A DNA stretch of 60,666 nucleotides from Candidatus Saganbacteria bacterium (GCA_016939335.1 JAFGHC010000027.1:1-60666), one strand, 5' to 3'. Counted from the stretch's first letter, positions 29,360 to 38,846 are shown. The notes: a model not told the origin generated them from the letters alone. Made by a program: numbers and translations.

Positions 29360-29833
29360 ATTAATAGTTTGTTGTCTTGTTCTGAAAATAATCATAATAA
29401 TTGATCCAGGTGCCTGTTTTTTCTTTGGCCCTGAGGGATTGGATCAGCCTTTTCAAAATATAAATAGTTTTGCCGACTAACGAGTCGAGCGCATCAAACT
29501 CCTCTCGGGAAATCAATCTATCATCGAAACAGTCCCTGATGTCACCAAGCAACTCGGCGGCAGAATCATGCGAAATAGAAAGATATGACATGTATTTCTT
29601 GATCGACCCTTTGCCATAACCTTCTTGAATATTTTGTTTGATCGACCTGGCGGCGTCACGCATTTGAGAAACCCTGCGCATTTCTATTTTCGGGAACTTC
29701 GTAGTAATCTCATGAACCATCTTTCTCAATTTATAAGCATTTTGCCAGGCGATCAGCTTTTCGTACCCTTTCCCCTCCACAGTCTTACCCTCCCTGCTAA
29801 TCCCTCCTCATCCCCGTTCCTCCCCGTCACTCC
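29281..29833. mobile_element. IVS-like element: about 45-bp inverted 10-mer tandem arms enclosing a four-helix-bundle gene
   Basis: 29281-29326 (cagggagtga cagggagtgg cagggatgag caaggatgag caggga) versus 29791-29833 (tccctgctaa tccctcctca tccccgttcc tccccgtcac tcc). Confidence 0.75.
29361..29780 (-). CDS. Four helix bundle protein (23S rRNA IVS / TIGR02436-like)
   Basis: YEKLIAWQ.A, FPK.E.R..SQMRDAARSIKQNIQEGY, YLSIS.DS..EL. Confidence 0.9.
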   Translation of the reverse strand: MEGKGYEKLIAWQNAYKLRKMVHEITTKFPKIEMRRVSQMRDAARSIKQNIQEGYGKGSIKKYMSYLSISHDSAAELLGDIRDCFDDRLISREEFDALDSLVGKTIYILKRLIQSLRAKEKTGTWINYYDYFQNKTTNY

Positions 29834-30240
29834 TATAAATTAGTAAGCTCGAGGACTTTCGCGATCCCATTTTTCTTGTAGCCGGTCAGCGCGTAGACCT
29901 GCGTCGCGTCGGTATAATTGTAAATGATCTTCCCCATGACATCGCCGTCGGCATACTCTTGGCCGGTGAACGGGTTCTTGGGCACGGCGGCCATATACCC
30001 TCCTCCCATCAAATAGTTCCGGCAGAGCGATTCGAGCGGGAGATTGTAAGCGATCGGGTAAACATTGTTGTCCATCTGGTAAGCTTCGATCGCCAGCTGG
30101 ACCGTGTGCATGACCCCCTTGACCCCCGCCTCCTTCGCCCGGTCGCGCGCGCCGAGCAGGTTCGGCGCCAGAAAGACCGCCAGCAGCCCGATGATGCCGA
30201 TAACGACCAGGATTTCTACAAGAGTAAAACCTTTTCTCAT
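29833..30240 (-). CDS. Type IV pilin / T2SS pseudopilin (GspG-like)
   Basis: Prepilin motif KG-FTLVEIL followed by a hydrophobic helix. Confidence 0.85.
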   Translation of the reverse strand: MRKGFTLVEILVVIGIIGLLAVFLAPNLLGARDRAKEAGVKGVMHTVQLAIEAYQMDNNVYPIAYNLPLESLCRNYLMGGGYMAAVPKNPFTGQEYADGDVMGKIIYNYTDATQVYALTGYKKNGIAKVLELTNL

Positions 30241-30264
30241 GATCACCTCCGATTATACTCCAAA

Positions 30265-31281
30265 CTACTGCAAACTTGAAACCAGATCCGTGAGCGGCAA
30301 AAACATCGCCAGCACCACCACGCCCACTATCAGGCCAACGCCTAAAGTCATGGCCGGCTCGAGCAGCGCGGTGAAACGCTTGAGCAGCAACTCGCGCTCG
30401 CCCGCCTGAAAAGCGGCCACGCTCAAGAGCAAACGGTCCATCTGGCCGGTGGCTTCTCCCAACTTCAACAACTGCCGAGCCTCGGGCGGCCAGGGGCCGC
30501 CGCGCAAAGCGGCGCTCAAACTCGCCCCGTTCTCGATCTGCCGGGCGGCCGCCTGCAACGCCGCTTTCATCGCCTGGCTATCGAGCGACTCGCCGGTCAC
30601 CCGTAGCGCCTCGAGCAGCGGCGCGCCGCCCTGCAAGAGTGAGCCGAGCGTTCCGCAACTCTGGAGCGTCAGCTCCTGCCGGTAGAGACGGCCGAAAAGC
30701 GGCGTTTTGAGAATAAAGCGCTCCAGCCATAACGGGCGGCGGTTTTTCAAGTTAATAAGCGCTGCCCCGCCAGCAACCGCCGCCAGCAAAAAAACCGGCC
30801 AAAGCGCGGTGAATCCCCCGCTCACCTGAAGAATGAGGCTGGTTATAAGCGGCAGTGACCGGCCGCTCTCGGTCAACAGCGAATTGAGGCCGGGCAGAAC
30901 AAAGACGATCAGCACCAGGACCGACAGCAAACTGATCAGCGTGACAAACGCCGGATAAACGAGTGCCGCGGCCAGTTTGGCATCGAGGTCTGCTTTGACC
31001 GTGTAATCGGCCGCCAGCCGGCCCAGACAACCCTCAAGGTCTCCCGCGTGTTCAGCCGCCTTTAATGCTCCGGCCGCCGGCGGCGGCAACAGTTCGCGCG
31101 CCGCTTCGCTTAAGGGCAAGCCGTGGTTGAGTTTTTCGATCGCCAGGTCCAGCGCCTGGGTGTGTTTTCTGACCGGCGGCAAGCCGCGCGCCACCGACAG
31201 GGCGGCGAGTAACGGCAGGCCGGCGGAGAGCAGCGAGCGAAGGTGCGAACAGAAGTCGGCGGTCTGGCGTTTGTTCAACAT
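30265..31281 (-). CDS. Type II secretion F / PilC family inner-membrane protein
   Basis: L.AGLPL..AL, AE.AGDL, LVYP, GE.TG.MD, LLEP two-domain repeat. Confidence 0.88.
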   Translation of the reverse strand: MLNKRQTADFCSHLRSLLSAGLPLLAALSVARGLPPVRKHTQALDLAIEKLNHGLPLSEAARELLPPPAAGALKAAEHAGDLEGCLGRLAADYTVKADLDAKLAAALVYPAFVTLISLLSVLVLIVFVLPGLNSLLTESGRSLPLITSLILQVSGGFTALWPVFLLAAVAGGAALINLKNRRPLWLERFILKTPLFGRLYRQELTLQSCGTLGSLLQGGAPLLEALRVTGESLDSQAMKAALQAAARQIENGASLSAALRGGPWPPEARQLLKLGEATGQMDRLLLSVAAFQAGERELLLKRFTALLEPAMTLGVGLIVGVVVLAMFLPLTDLVSSLQ

Positions 31282-31287
31282 GAATGA

Positions 31288-31824
31288 CTATTTAAAAATC
31301 ATCTGTTTCAACAGCTCGATCATCTCATTGATGATTTTCTTAACTCTTGCGATTTCGCCCGCTTTGATCTTATCTTTTTGAAAAAGATGCATAATAGCGC
31401 GTGAATGCGTGGATAGTTTGTTCATCACAGCTGGGCTTTTTAGAATCATTTGCCTATTTTTACCCATTATTTCTTCCAAAATCGTAAAAGCCCGCATGAT
31501 TTGAATTGAACGTTGAATGGCGACCGGAGATCTTAGAACAACTGATACCATATTGGCGCCGTTACGCGTGAAAACATAGGGCAGATACCGGCGGCCACCC
31601 CAACTTGAGGTCGCAATTTGCGACCTCAAGAATTTATATTCAGGCCCCGTTAATTGGAACATAAAATCAGCTGGAAATCTTTCGGAGTTCCGCTTAACTC
31701 TTTCCACCAGTTTTTTCGTGGGAATACAATATATTTTGGCTAAGTCAACGTCCAAGATCACTCTCTGTCCTCTTATTTCAATTATCATCGACTGTATCTC
31801 CCTCGTTTCAACAATATCTGACAT
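31288..31824 (-). CDS. ORF6N (KilA-N-like) domain DNA-binding protein
   Basis: IRGQRVILD.DLA.IY, VKRN.ERFP.DFMFQLT, GGRRYLPYVFT..GA.M.S.VLRS. Confidence 0.88.
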   Translation of the reverse strand: MSDIVETREIQSMIIEIRGQRVILDVDLAKIYCIPTKKLVERVKRNSERFPADFMFQLTGPEYKFLRSQIATSSWGGRRYLPYVFTRNGANMVSVVLRSPVAIQRSIQIMRAFTILEEIMGKNRQMILKSPAVMNKLSTHSRAIMHLFQKDKIKAGEIARVKKIINEMIELLKQMIFK

Positions 31825-31976
31825 GATTTCCCTCCCAGAAGTCTCATTTAGCGACTTCTGAATTGAGGGAAGCAATTTTATTGCCAGAAAGAAGAGAAAT
31901 TTTGTAGCTGTTTTTTTATGATAAAATCGGGGAAAACAGAAAAAGCAAGATTTCTGGACCGGCGGGATTTCGTCAG

Positions 31977-33473
31977 TTACTTTTGAATTCGGGGGAAAAG
32001 CGGCGCCCCTTTGACGACTTTCTCGCCGCTGAGGTTAATCTGGGCCTTGATTTTTTCCGCGGTTTCGGGCATGAATGGAGCGATCAGCGCCGTGACCAGC
32101 GTGAGAACCTCGACCAGGTTAACCAGCACCAGCGCCAACCGCTCTTTCTCTCCGTTCTTGGCCAGCGTCCAGGGCGCCTGTTTTTCAATGTAAACGTTGG
32201 CCCGGGAGATCAGCGTCCAGATCGCCGTCAGGGCGTCCGAAAACGCCAACTCATCCATATATTTATCGACCAGCCCAGGGGTCTCTTTGATCAGGCCGAT
32301 CAATTCCCGGCTCAAATCGTCCATGACCGCGGATTTCGGACTTGGAACTTGTGACTCGCAGTATTTCTCCACCATCGTCAGCGTCCGGCTCAAGAGGTTC
32401 CCCAGATCATTGGCCAGATCAGCATTATACCGGTTGATGAAAGAATTCATGGAAAAGTCGCCGTCAACGCCGAACGGCACTTCGCGCAGGATGAAATAGC
32501 GGACGGCGTCGACCCCGTACTCCGCGCTCAAGGCGAGCGGATCGACCACGTTGCCGCGGCTCTTGCTCATTTTTGCCCCTTCGACCGTCCACCAGCCGTG
32601 CCCGAAAATTTTTTTCGGCAAAGGCAGCCCCAGCGCCAGCAGCAGGCAAGGCCAGGTCACGGCGTGGAAACGGACGATCTCCTTCCCCATCAGATGGACG
32701 TCGGCCGGCCAGAACTTGCGGAAGAGGCCGTCATCGGCGCTCAAATAACCGAGGGCGGAAACGTAGTTGATCAGCGCGTCGAACCAGACGTAGACGACAT
32801 GGCGCGGGTCCTCGGGCACGACGATCCCCCAGGGAAAAGCGGTGCGCGTGACCGAAAGGTCTTTCAGCCCCTGTTTGACGAACTGAACAATCTCGTTGCG
32901 GCGCGGCTCGGGCCGGATAAAATCTGGGTTGGCCTCGATGTGCCGCAGCAGCGGTTCCTGGTATTTGGAAAGCCGGAAGTAGTAGGTCTCTTCGCGCAGC
33001 CGGTCGGCCGGCCGGCCGCAGTCGGGGCAGAGCCGGCGCTCCTCCATGTCCTCGGCCAGGTCGGACTCGTTCCAATAAGTTTCGCAGGGGACGCAGTACC
33101 ACCCCTCGTATTCGCCCTTGTAGATATCGCCCTGTCTGAGCAGCCGGCCGAAGATCTTCTGGACGGCCGTTTCGTGCTTCCGGTCGGTGGTGCGGATGAA
33201 GTCGTCATAGCTGATGCCCAGTTTGTCCCAGGCGTCCCGGAAGCGGACGACTATCTTATCGACATATTCCTGAGGCGACAGGTTGTTTTGTTCGGCCGCT
33301 TTCCAGACCTTCTGGCCGTGCTCGTCAGTGCCGGTGAGAAAATGGACGTCGCAGCCCGCCGCCCGCTTGTGGCGCGCCAGCACGTCGGCGGCGATCGTCG
33401 TGTAGGCGTGGCCGAGATGCGGCACGTCGTTGACGTAATAAAGGGGGGTCGTCAGGTAAAACTTTTCCTTCAT
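31977..33473 (-). CDS. metG: Methionine--tRNA ligase (short form, no C-terminal dimerisation domain)
   Basis: YYVN..PHLGH, GTDEHG, YVWFDAL, KMSKS, LFPRI. Confidence 0.97.
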   Translation of the reverse strand: MKEKFYLTTPLYYVNDVPHLGHAYTTIAADVLARHKRAAGCDVHFLTGTDEHGQKVWKAAEQNNLSPQEYVDKIVVRFRDAWDKLGISYDDFIRTTDRKHETAVQKIFGRLLRQGDIYKGEYEGWYCVPCETYWNESDLAEDMEERRLCPDCGRPADRLREETYYFRLSKYQEPLLRHIEANPDFIRPEPRRNEIVQFVKQGLKDLSVTRTAFPWGIVVPEDPRHVVYVWFDALINYVSALGYLSADDGLFRKFWPADVHLMGKEIVRFHAVTWPCLLLALGLPLPKKIFGHGWWTVEGAKMSKSRGNVVDPLALSAEYGVDAVRYFILREVPFGVDGDFSMNSFINRYNADLANDLGNLLSRTLTMVEKYCESQVPSPKSAVMDDLSRELIGLIKETPGLVDKYMDELAFSDALTAIWTLISRANVYIEKQAPWTLAKNGEKERLALVLVNLVEVLTLVTALIAPFMPETAEKIKAQINLSGEKVVKGAPLFPRIQK

Positions 33474-33505
33474 AATGTCATTATAAGCTTTTTTGGAAAT
33501 AAAGT

Positions 33506-33532
33506 GAAATTTTCCGCCACCCCGCCCGATAT
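33506..33532 (+). promoter_or_regulatory. sigma28/FliA-like promoter
   Basis: GAAATTTT-N11-CCCGATAT. Confidence 0.7.
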
Positions 33533-33594
33533 ATACCTGGCAGTATAAGTGCGATCAATTTATGGTCCAACAAACTATAAGGGGGTGAAAATAA

Positions 33595-34269
33595 ATGACA
33601 TACGTAAGCGCACTAATTCCATCCTTAACTCTGGCCGCCGGGCTGAATAAAAAGGGAGAGGGCTCATCGGTCAAAGCGATCGCCGGCGAGGTCGTAAAGA
33701 TACTGGAGAACGACGGCACTGACAACGCCTCTGTTAAAGCGGCTGATTATCTTAAAGGGCAAACAACCAGCGCCGAGAAACAGGGGAAAGTACTGGAAGA
33801 GGTCAGGAAAGCCCTGATCGCTACCGGTGAATATGACAATAACTCCATCAACACTGTCATTGGCGATATTCGCAATCGGCTCCGCTCTGCTTCGGCGCCA
33901 AAAGCGGAGGAAGTAAGACCGGCGGCGGCCGCCGCCAGCGGAGAGCTTAAGGGCGAGATCGTCAGCATCACCAAGACCGGCTCGTTCGGCGGCGACGGAT
34001 CGCCGCAGGTGAACATCAAGGTCAAGATCGAGAACCTGCCGGCAGGCGCTCACACCTTGAGCGGTTTCCTTCGGACCAATAAAGATTGGCCGGCGGGCGG
34101 CTGCACCACCGGCGGCAAGAGCTCCGGGACGTTCACTTTCCAGGCGTACCTCCATCCGGGCAATCAGTCGAGCCCGTTCTATATCGAGGTTGCCGATAAA
34201 TACGGCAAAAAGCTCGGCCGGATCCCTGAAGGGGATTACGACACTCTGAAAGTTCGTTTCCCGAGGTAG
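33595..34269 (+). CDS. ORFan sharing its N-terminal leader and C-terminal beta domain with the downstream GH9
   Basis: Pairwise similarity seen by eye (see findings). Confidence 0.75.
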   Translation: MTYVSALIPSLTLAAGLNKKGEGSSVKAIAGEVVKILENDGTDNASVKAADYLKGQTTSAEKQGKVLEEVRKALIATGEYDNNSINTVIGDIRNRLRSASAPKAEEVRPAAAAASGELKGEIVSITKTGSFGGDGSPQVNIKVKIENLPAGAHTLSGFLRTNKDWPAGGCTTGGKSSGTFTFQAYLHPGNQSSPFYIEVADKYGKKLGRIPEGDYDTLKVRFPR

Positions 34270-34282
34270 CATCATAATTAGA

Positions 34283-34306
34283 GGAGGGAGACATCGGTCT
34301 CCCTCC
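34283..34306. terminator. Intergenic 10-bp hairpin (terminator or mRNA-stability stem)
   Basis: ggagggagac-atcg-gtctccctcc; no long U-tract. Confidence 0.45.
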
Positions 34307-34331
34307 CTTATCACAGGAATGACCGTAATTT

Positions 34332-36527
34332 ATGACCTTGGCAATTTCCGATACTACCAGCGCCCTGTTGCTGGCTTATCATTTAGAAAAAAAAGATAGT
34401 TCGTCGGCTTCTTCTCCCCCCGGTGAAGAAGGGGCGCATCTGGTCAGAAAAGCTTCCCCCTCTGCCCCGGCGGAAGGGACGCACCTTGTTAGGAAAACCG
34501 CCTCCTCTGCCCCGTCGGACGTCGACATTCTGGTCAATCAGGCCTTTTATCTCCCCGGCTACTCCAAGGTCGCGCTGGTCCGCGCCAATAGCGAAATCGC
34601 GGCCGGCAAATTCAAACTTACCGAAACCAGCAGCAATAAAACCGTTCACGAAGGCGCGCTAAAAAGATATGGAACATATGCCCGCTGGGGCAATGAGTTT
34701 TATTACTTCGCTGATTTTTCTTCACTCAACAAAGAAGGAACGTATAAATTAACGGCCGAATGGCCGGGGCATCAGGCCTCCGCTGCTGTTGTCATCAAAA
34801 AATCGGAATTGAGCCGCGCGACAGGCAATGCGGCCGGGTTTTTTTATTTTCAGCGCTGCGGCGCGGCGATTCCCGGCTGGCACGGGCCCTGCCATACCAA
34901 TGATCCAGAGGGGACGGCCGGCGGCTGGCACGACGCGGGAGATTATAATAAATACATTTACACCCAGTGGCAGCCGGCTTGGGCGCTTCTCGATCTTTAC
35001 CAGAAAACAAAGGACCGGAAATATCTGGCCGAAGCTAAATGGGGAGAGGATTTTTTGGCCAAAATGGTCAGGCCCGACGGGAGCATGTGGAGCGCCGTCT
35101 TCGGCGGCTGGGACTGGACCAGGCCGGAACAGGGCAATACCAGGGAGCTGACGTCAGCTCAATGGGGCGACCCGACCTGGGCAGTAGCGGCCAACAGCGC
35201 GACTTTCGCTAAGATGGCCGCTTATACTTCCGGCACGGAGCACGAGAAGTTCCTCCGCCTGGCCAAACAGACCAACCAGTATTTCCGTCAGCATTTCCGG
35301 TTCGGGCACATCCCGCGCGGCGAAGACCTTCAGGGGCTCGGCGGAATCGTCCTCAGCGACCTTTTGCTCCACGAACAGACAGGCGACGGCTCATATTTGG
35401 CCGACGCCGAAAAGAACGTCCGCCTGATCCTGGCGCACCAGGACCGGCGCGGCTTCTTCTTTACCGACAGCAACAGGCAAGAACCTTTCTGGGACGACTA
35501 CATGACCTATTTCTTTGTCGAGGCGCTCGGCGATTACGCCCGCCGTTTCCCGCGCCGCGAGCTGACCGGCCAGATCAAGGCCGCCCTGCGCAACCTGGCC
35601 GATAACCAGTTGAAATTCCTCTCCTCCCGCACTCCTTTCCGCCAGATGCAAATGCTCGACCCTCTCGACCAGCACCCGCCGAACGGCGAGGTTTTTGAGA
35701 ACTTTTTCGACAAGAAGATCGAAGGCTGGATCCGCGGGGCCAATAGCTACTACCTGTCGTCGGCCAACGCGGCGATGATCGCCTATTCCCTGCTCGGCAA
35801 GCCGGAGTACAAGGAGATCGCCATTAACCAGCTGAACTGGGTGCTCGGGGTCAATCCTTATGGCATTTCTTTCATGGAGGGGAGCTGCGTCAGGTGCACT
35901 AAGAACGGTCATCACCGTTATGACACTTTACCCGGGCACGCCAATGGGATTGTGCCGGGCGGGATCACCAACGGTCTGGCCAGCAACAACGGAGAAGATT
36001 ATTTTTACGACGCTCTGGGCAAGACCTGGGCGAGCAATGAGACCTGGCTGCCGCATAACGCCTGGTTCATCATGCTCGGCTTAAAACTTTCCGCTTATCT
36101 TGATGAGGCGGCCGCCGCTTCCAGCCTGACCGTCAACAGTGATAGCGCCAACGCTGAAAAAAAACCGCCGGCCGCCCCGGAACCGGTCGTGATCAGCGCT
36201 TCCGGCCTTCTCCCCAACATCACTTTCCAGTCGGTAGTCAGGAATGGAACGCTCAAAGAGAACGGCGATTCGATCGGCGTTGATATCAGGTTCCGGTTCA
36301 CCAACATTCCTCCGGCGGTCGTTTCTCTCAAGGGAAATATATATACCAGCGGCATCTGGCCGCAGGGAGAAGTTAAGGTCGAACGGGGGAAAAGCGACTA
36401 TATTTTCAAGGCCTTCCTGTACAAATTGAACCGTTTCAGCGGTTTTTTTATCCAGGGTTTCGACCGGACAGGAAAAAGAATCTTTCAAAGCGATTCATTC
36501 CCGATCGAACTACCTCCCAAGAAATAA
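34332..36527 (+). CDS. Glycoside hydrolase family 9 with N-terminal Ig-like (CelD_N-type) domain
   Basis: VNQ.FY.P..SKVA, FFYFQRCG, GGWHDAGDYNKY, LNWVLG.NP, HHR, NE..L..NA; catalytic D/D/E present. Confidence 0.88.
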   Translation: MTLAISDTTSALLLAYHLEKKDSSSASSPPGEEGAHLVRKASPSAPAEGTHLVRKTASSAPSDVDILVNQAFYLPGYSKVALVRANSEIAAGKFKLTETSSNKTVHEGALKRYGTYARWGNEFYYFADFSSLNKEGTYKLTAEWPGHQASAAVVIKKSELSRATGNAAGFFYFQRCGAAIPGWHGPCHTNDPEGTAGGWHDAGDYNKYIYTQWQPAWALLDLYQKTKDRKYLAEAKWGEDFLAKMVRPDGSMWSAVFGGWDWTRPEQGNTRELTSAQWGDPTWAVAANSATFAKMAAYTSGTEHEKFLRLAKQTNQYFRQHFRFGHIPRGEDLQGLGGIVLSDLLLHEQTGDGSYLADAEKNVRLILAHQDRRGFFFTDSNRQEPFWDDYMTYFFVEALGDYARRFPRRELTGQIKAALRNLADNQLKFLSSRTPFRQMQMLDPLDQHPPNGEVFENFFDKKIEGWIRGANSYYLSSANAAMIAYSLLGKPEYKEIAINQLNWVLGVNPYGISFMEGSCVRCTKNGHHRYDTLPGHANGIVPGGITNGLASNNGEDYFYDALGKTWASNETWLPHNAWFIMLGLKLSAYLDEAAAASSLTVNSDSANAEKKPPAAPEPVVISASGLLPNITFQSVVRNGTLKENGDSIGVDIRFRFTNIPPAVVSLKGNIYTSGIWPQGEVKVERGKSDYIFKAFLYKLNRFSGFFIQGFDRTGKRIFQSDSFPIELPPKK

Positions 36528-36530
36528 GCT

Positions 36531-36620
36531 CTACTCCCCGACCGGGAACAGGATCCTGATCTCCGCCATGTTGGAAAGAACGCTGTTCAGCTTCTTCGGC
36601 ACCTCGCCGGTCAGATAATA
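36531..36620 (-). pseudogene. Diverged duplicate of the 3' end of gene 39239-40396
   Basis: YYLTGEVPKKLNSVLSNMAEIRILFPVGE* versus YYLTGGVPEKLNNALSNVAEIRILFPVNP* (22/29 identical). Confidence 0.85.
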
Positions 36621-36634
36621 GGGTTCGAATGGGT

Positions 36635-36661
36635 GAAATTTTTCCCGTTTTTTCACGATAA
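36635..36661 (+). promoter_or_regulatory. sigma28/FliA-like promoter
   Basis: GAAATTTT-N11-CACGATAA. Confidence 0.7.
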
Positions 36662-36684
36662 ATATACGTGGAGATCATTATCAA

Positions 36685-38676
36685 ATGACCGGTCGTATCA
36701 GTACATCTTTAGAAAAAGCTCGGGCGACAGGCCGTTCTCTAACTCGCTACGCCCGGCGGCTTTTATTGCCTTTAGGCATAGCGGCCGGCCTGGCCGGCCT
36801 TGGAACAGTCGCTACGCTCGCCAAATTCACCAAAGACGAATCGTTTAAAGGGGCAGTGTATCACCCATATGTTCCCGAAGTCCGGCCATTGATCAAAAAC
36901 GTTCTCCCTCTCCCGGAAACATTGAGCAAGCTAACCGCCCAGGGCGCTCTCTCGGAAAGCGATCTTTACAACCTGGCCGACAGAGCTCATCAGCAACTAT
37001 ATGAAATGAGAGATAAAACCGGGAGGCTCACGAACGATGACGCTGACAGTCTCGTCAAAATCGCGCGCGCCATCGATCAAGCCAATACGCAACATCTTGA
37101 CGCGGACAATCAATGGCTGGCAGTTATTACGCGGATTAAAATCGCAGAGACGCTATTTTTATCATTAAAGGGAGAGAGCTTTTATTCGCCAAAGTGCGGA
37201 CCTTATATCGATCTTGCCATGGATATCGCTTCACAAAATTATGGGCGGCTTGCCGCCTTCCCGCGTTCGGCAGAAATTTTAGGGCTTAAAAGAATAGATG
37301 ATCCGCGACTGATCCCGGTTATAATCAATGACATCCTTTATGCGGCGCTCCATCTGTCCGAGACGCGTCCCTTGCCTATTTGCGAAAAAGAAGGAAACTC
37401 CCCCGACCGGTTCGGGCAATTTGACGAATATGTCAGGGGTATAATTTTCCGGGGTGACGGAGGGGCCGACATGACCTTGGAAGAACAAAAGGATATCGCG
37501 CTCACTTATCTCGAACAAAGAATGAGGAACGGCTATTGGTACAAGGGGAAAGCCCAGGCGGCTAACCGTTATTATCAAGAACTGGTCGGGGGCCGCCTGG
37601 TCCGCATCGACATAGAAAACCTGAAGATAGTCTCCACGGCGCGCAAGGCGTTGCGCAAAAAAGTTCCGCTTTTTAAGGAAAGCTGCGCGGCACACGAGTG
37701 CCCCCCGACCCTGCTGGCGACCATCGCGCTTTATAATAATTTATTTAAGGCGCGCTTCCCTGTCTATCGGGTAGCTGACGGGCTTAGTATCTTTTCCTCA
37801 TCTACGTCAGAAGCTTCCCTGGCCTCAAAAGCGGCAAAATGGGCGCGGGGAAAATGGAGCGAACCACTTAAAGGCATTGCCTTTCAAGACCGGTTTACAG
37901 ACTTTATATCGGGAGTGTTCCTGGGCGCCTGCGGGACAACGGGCCTGATGCAAGTTCGCGCCTGCCCTCTTCAGTTTCAACACATAAAGAATATTAGAGA
38001 AGATGACTTATGGGGGAGATTGGCCGCACCTGCCGATGACTGGTCCAACCAGCGAATAAATTATGCTTTATATTTTAAGGATAAATATTCGATCGAAGCC
38101 GGGGCCGCGCTTTGGGGACAGATGCTCAAGAGACTGGAACAAATTGAACTGGCCGGGCAGCCGCAGTCAGTCAGCCTGCCTAAAATGGCTCATTTCAAAA
38201 ACGGAAATTGGCGGCTAAATTATTCTCCCGACCAATCTTTCTTCGGTCCGGACTTCTTTTCGTCATTATTTGAGGCCACCTACGGAAGGTTTCATTCTGG
38301 AGAATATCTCTATTCCGGCTTAATCGACCCCCCTAAGGCCGACGTTCCCGCCTATGCAACAGATTACATAGATCCGGCGACATATTTGTTCAACGTATAT
38401 TTTTTGCCCAATGCCCGCCCTTTTTCCGCGCTCCATCGCGTTATTCTTCAATCAGGTCTCTTCCGGGCAGGTAAAGGGCTTTTTGTGGGCCTAACTCGAA
38501 TTAATCAATTGGAACAATTGGACAAGGCTCTTTTATCCGGCGACGAGTACCTAGCCAAGGCGGCCGAAAGAACTATTTGCGCAATAAGCGCGGATGCTTC
38601 TCACCCGCAATTCAAGGAAAAAGCGATTGCCATAAGAGAGAATAGGAATTTAGCTTGTAATTTTTCAATAGAATGA
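36685..38676 (+). CDS. ORFan with an N-terminal TM helix and a degenerate lytic transglycosylase (SLT)-like segment
   Basis: PPTLLATIALYNN ... TTGLMQV ... SIEAGAALW motif order; the catalytic ES position is replaced. Confidence 0.6.
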   Translation: MTGRISTSLEKARATGRSLTRYARRLLLPLGIAAGLAGLGTVATLAKFTKDESFKGAVYHPYVPEVRPLIKNVLPLPETLSKLTAQGALSESDLYNLADRAHQQLYEMRDKTGRLTNDDADSLVKIARAIDQANTQHLDADNQWLAVITRIKIAETLFLSLKGESFYSPKCGPYIDLAMDIASQNYGRLAAFPRSAEILGLKRIDDPRLIPVIINDILYAALHLSETRPLPICEKEGNSPDRFGQFDEYVRGIIFRGDGGADMTLEEQKDIALTYLEQRMRNGYWYKGKAQAANRYYQELVGGRLVRIDIENLKIVSTARKALRKKVPLFKESCAAHECPPTLLATIALYNNLFKARFPVYRVADGLSIFSSSTSEASLASKAAKWARGKWSEPLKGIAFQDRFTDFISGVFLGACGTTGLMQVRACPLQFQHIKNIREDDLWGRLAAPADDWSNQRINYALYFKDKYSIEAGAALWGQMLKRLEQIELAGQPQSVSLPKMAHFKNGNWRLNYSPDQSFFGPDFFSSLFEATYGRFHSGEYLYSGLIDPPKADVPAYATDYIDPATYLFNVYFLPNARPFSALHRVILQSGLFRAGKGLFVGLTRINQLEQLDKALLSGDEYLAKAAERTICAISADASHPQFKEKAIAIRENRNLACNFSIE

Positions 38677-38784
38677 ACCGTACGACCAATTTACTTTGCC
38701 AGATCAAACCGGTCAAGCGGCTTTTTGGCCGTTGGCCGCTGAGCGGAAACAGCGTCACAATCTCGAATACGTCGGCAATAAAGT

Positions 38785-38811
38785 GAAATTTGCCGGGCGC
38801 GGAGAGGATAT
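38785..38811 (+). promoter_or_regulatory. sigma28/FliA-like promoter (weaker -10)
   Basis: GAAATTTG-N11-GAGGATAT. Confidence 0.5.
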
Positions 38812-38846
38812 ATAATCAGCCTGCGTCAAGTTGAAAGGAGCAGCTC

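Noticed and set aside
18790-31824. Prophage (Com and ORF6N genes)
   Set aside because: These are isolated regulators with no structural, terminase or integrase genes.
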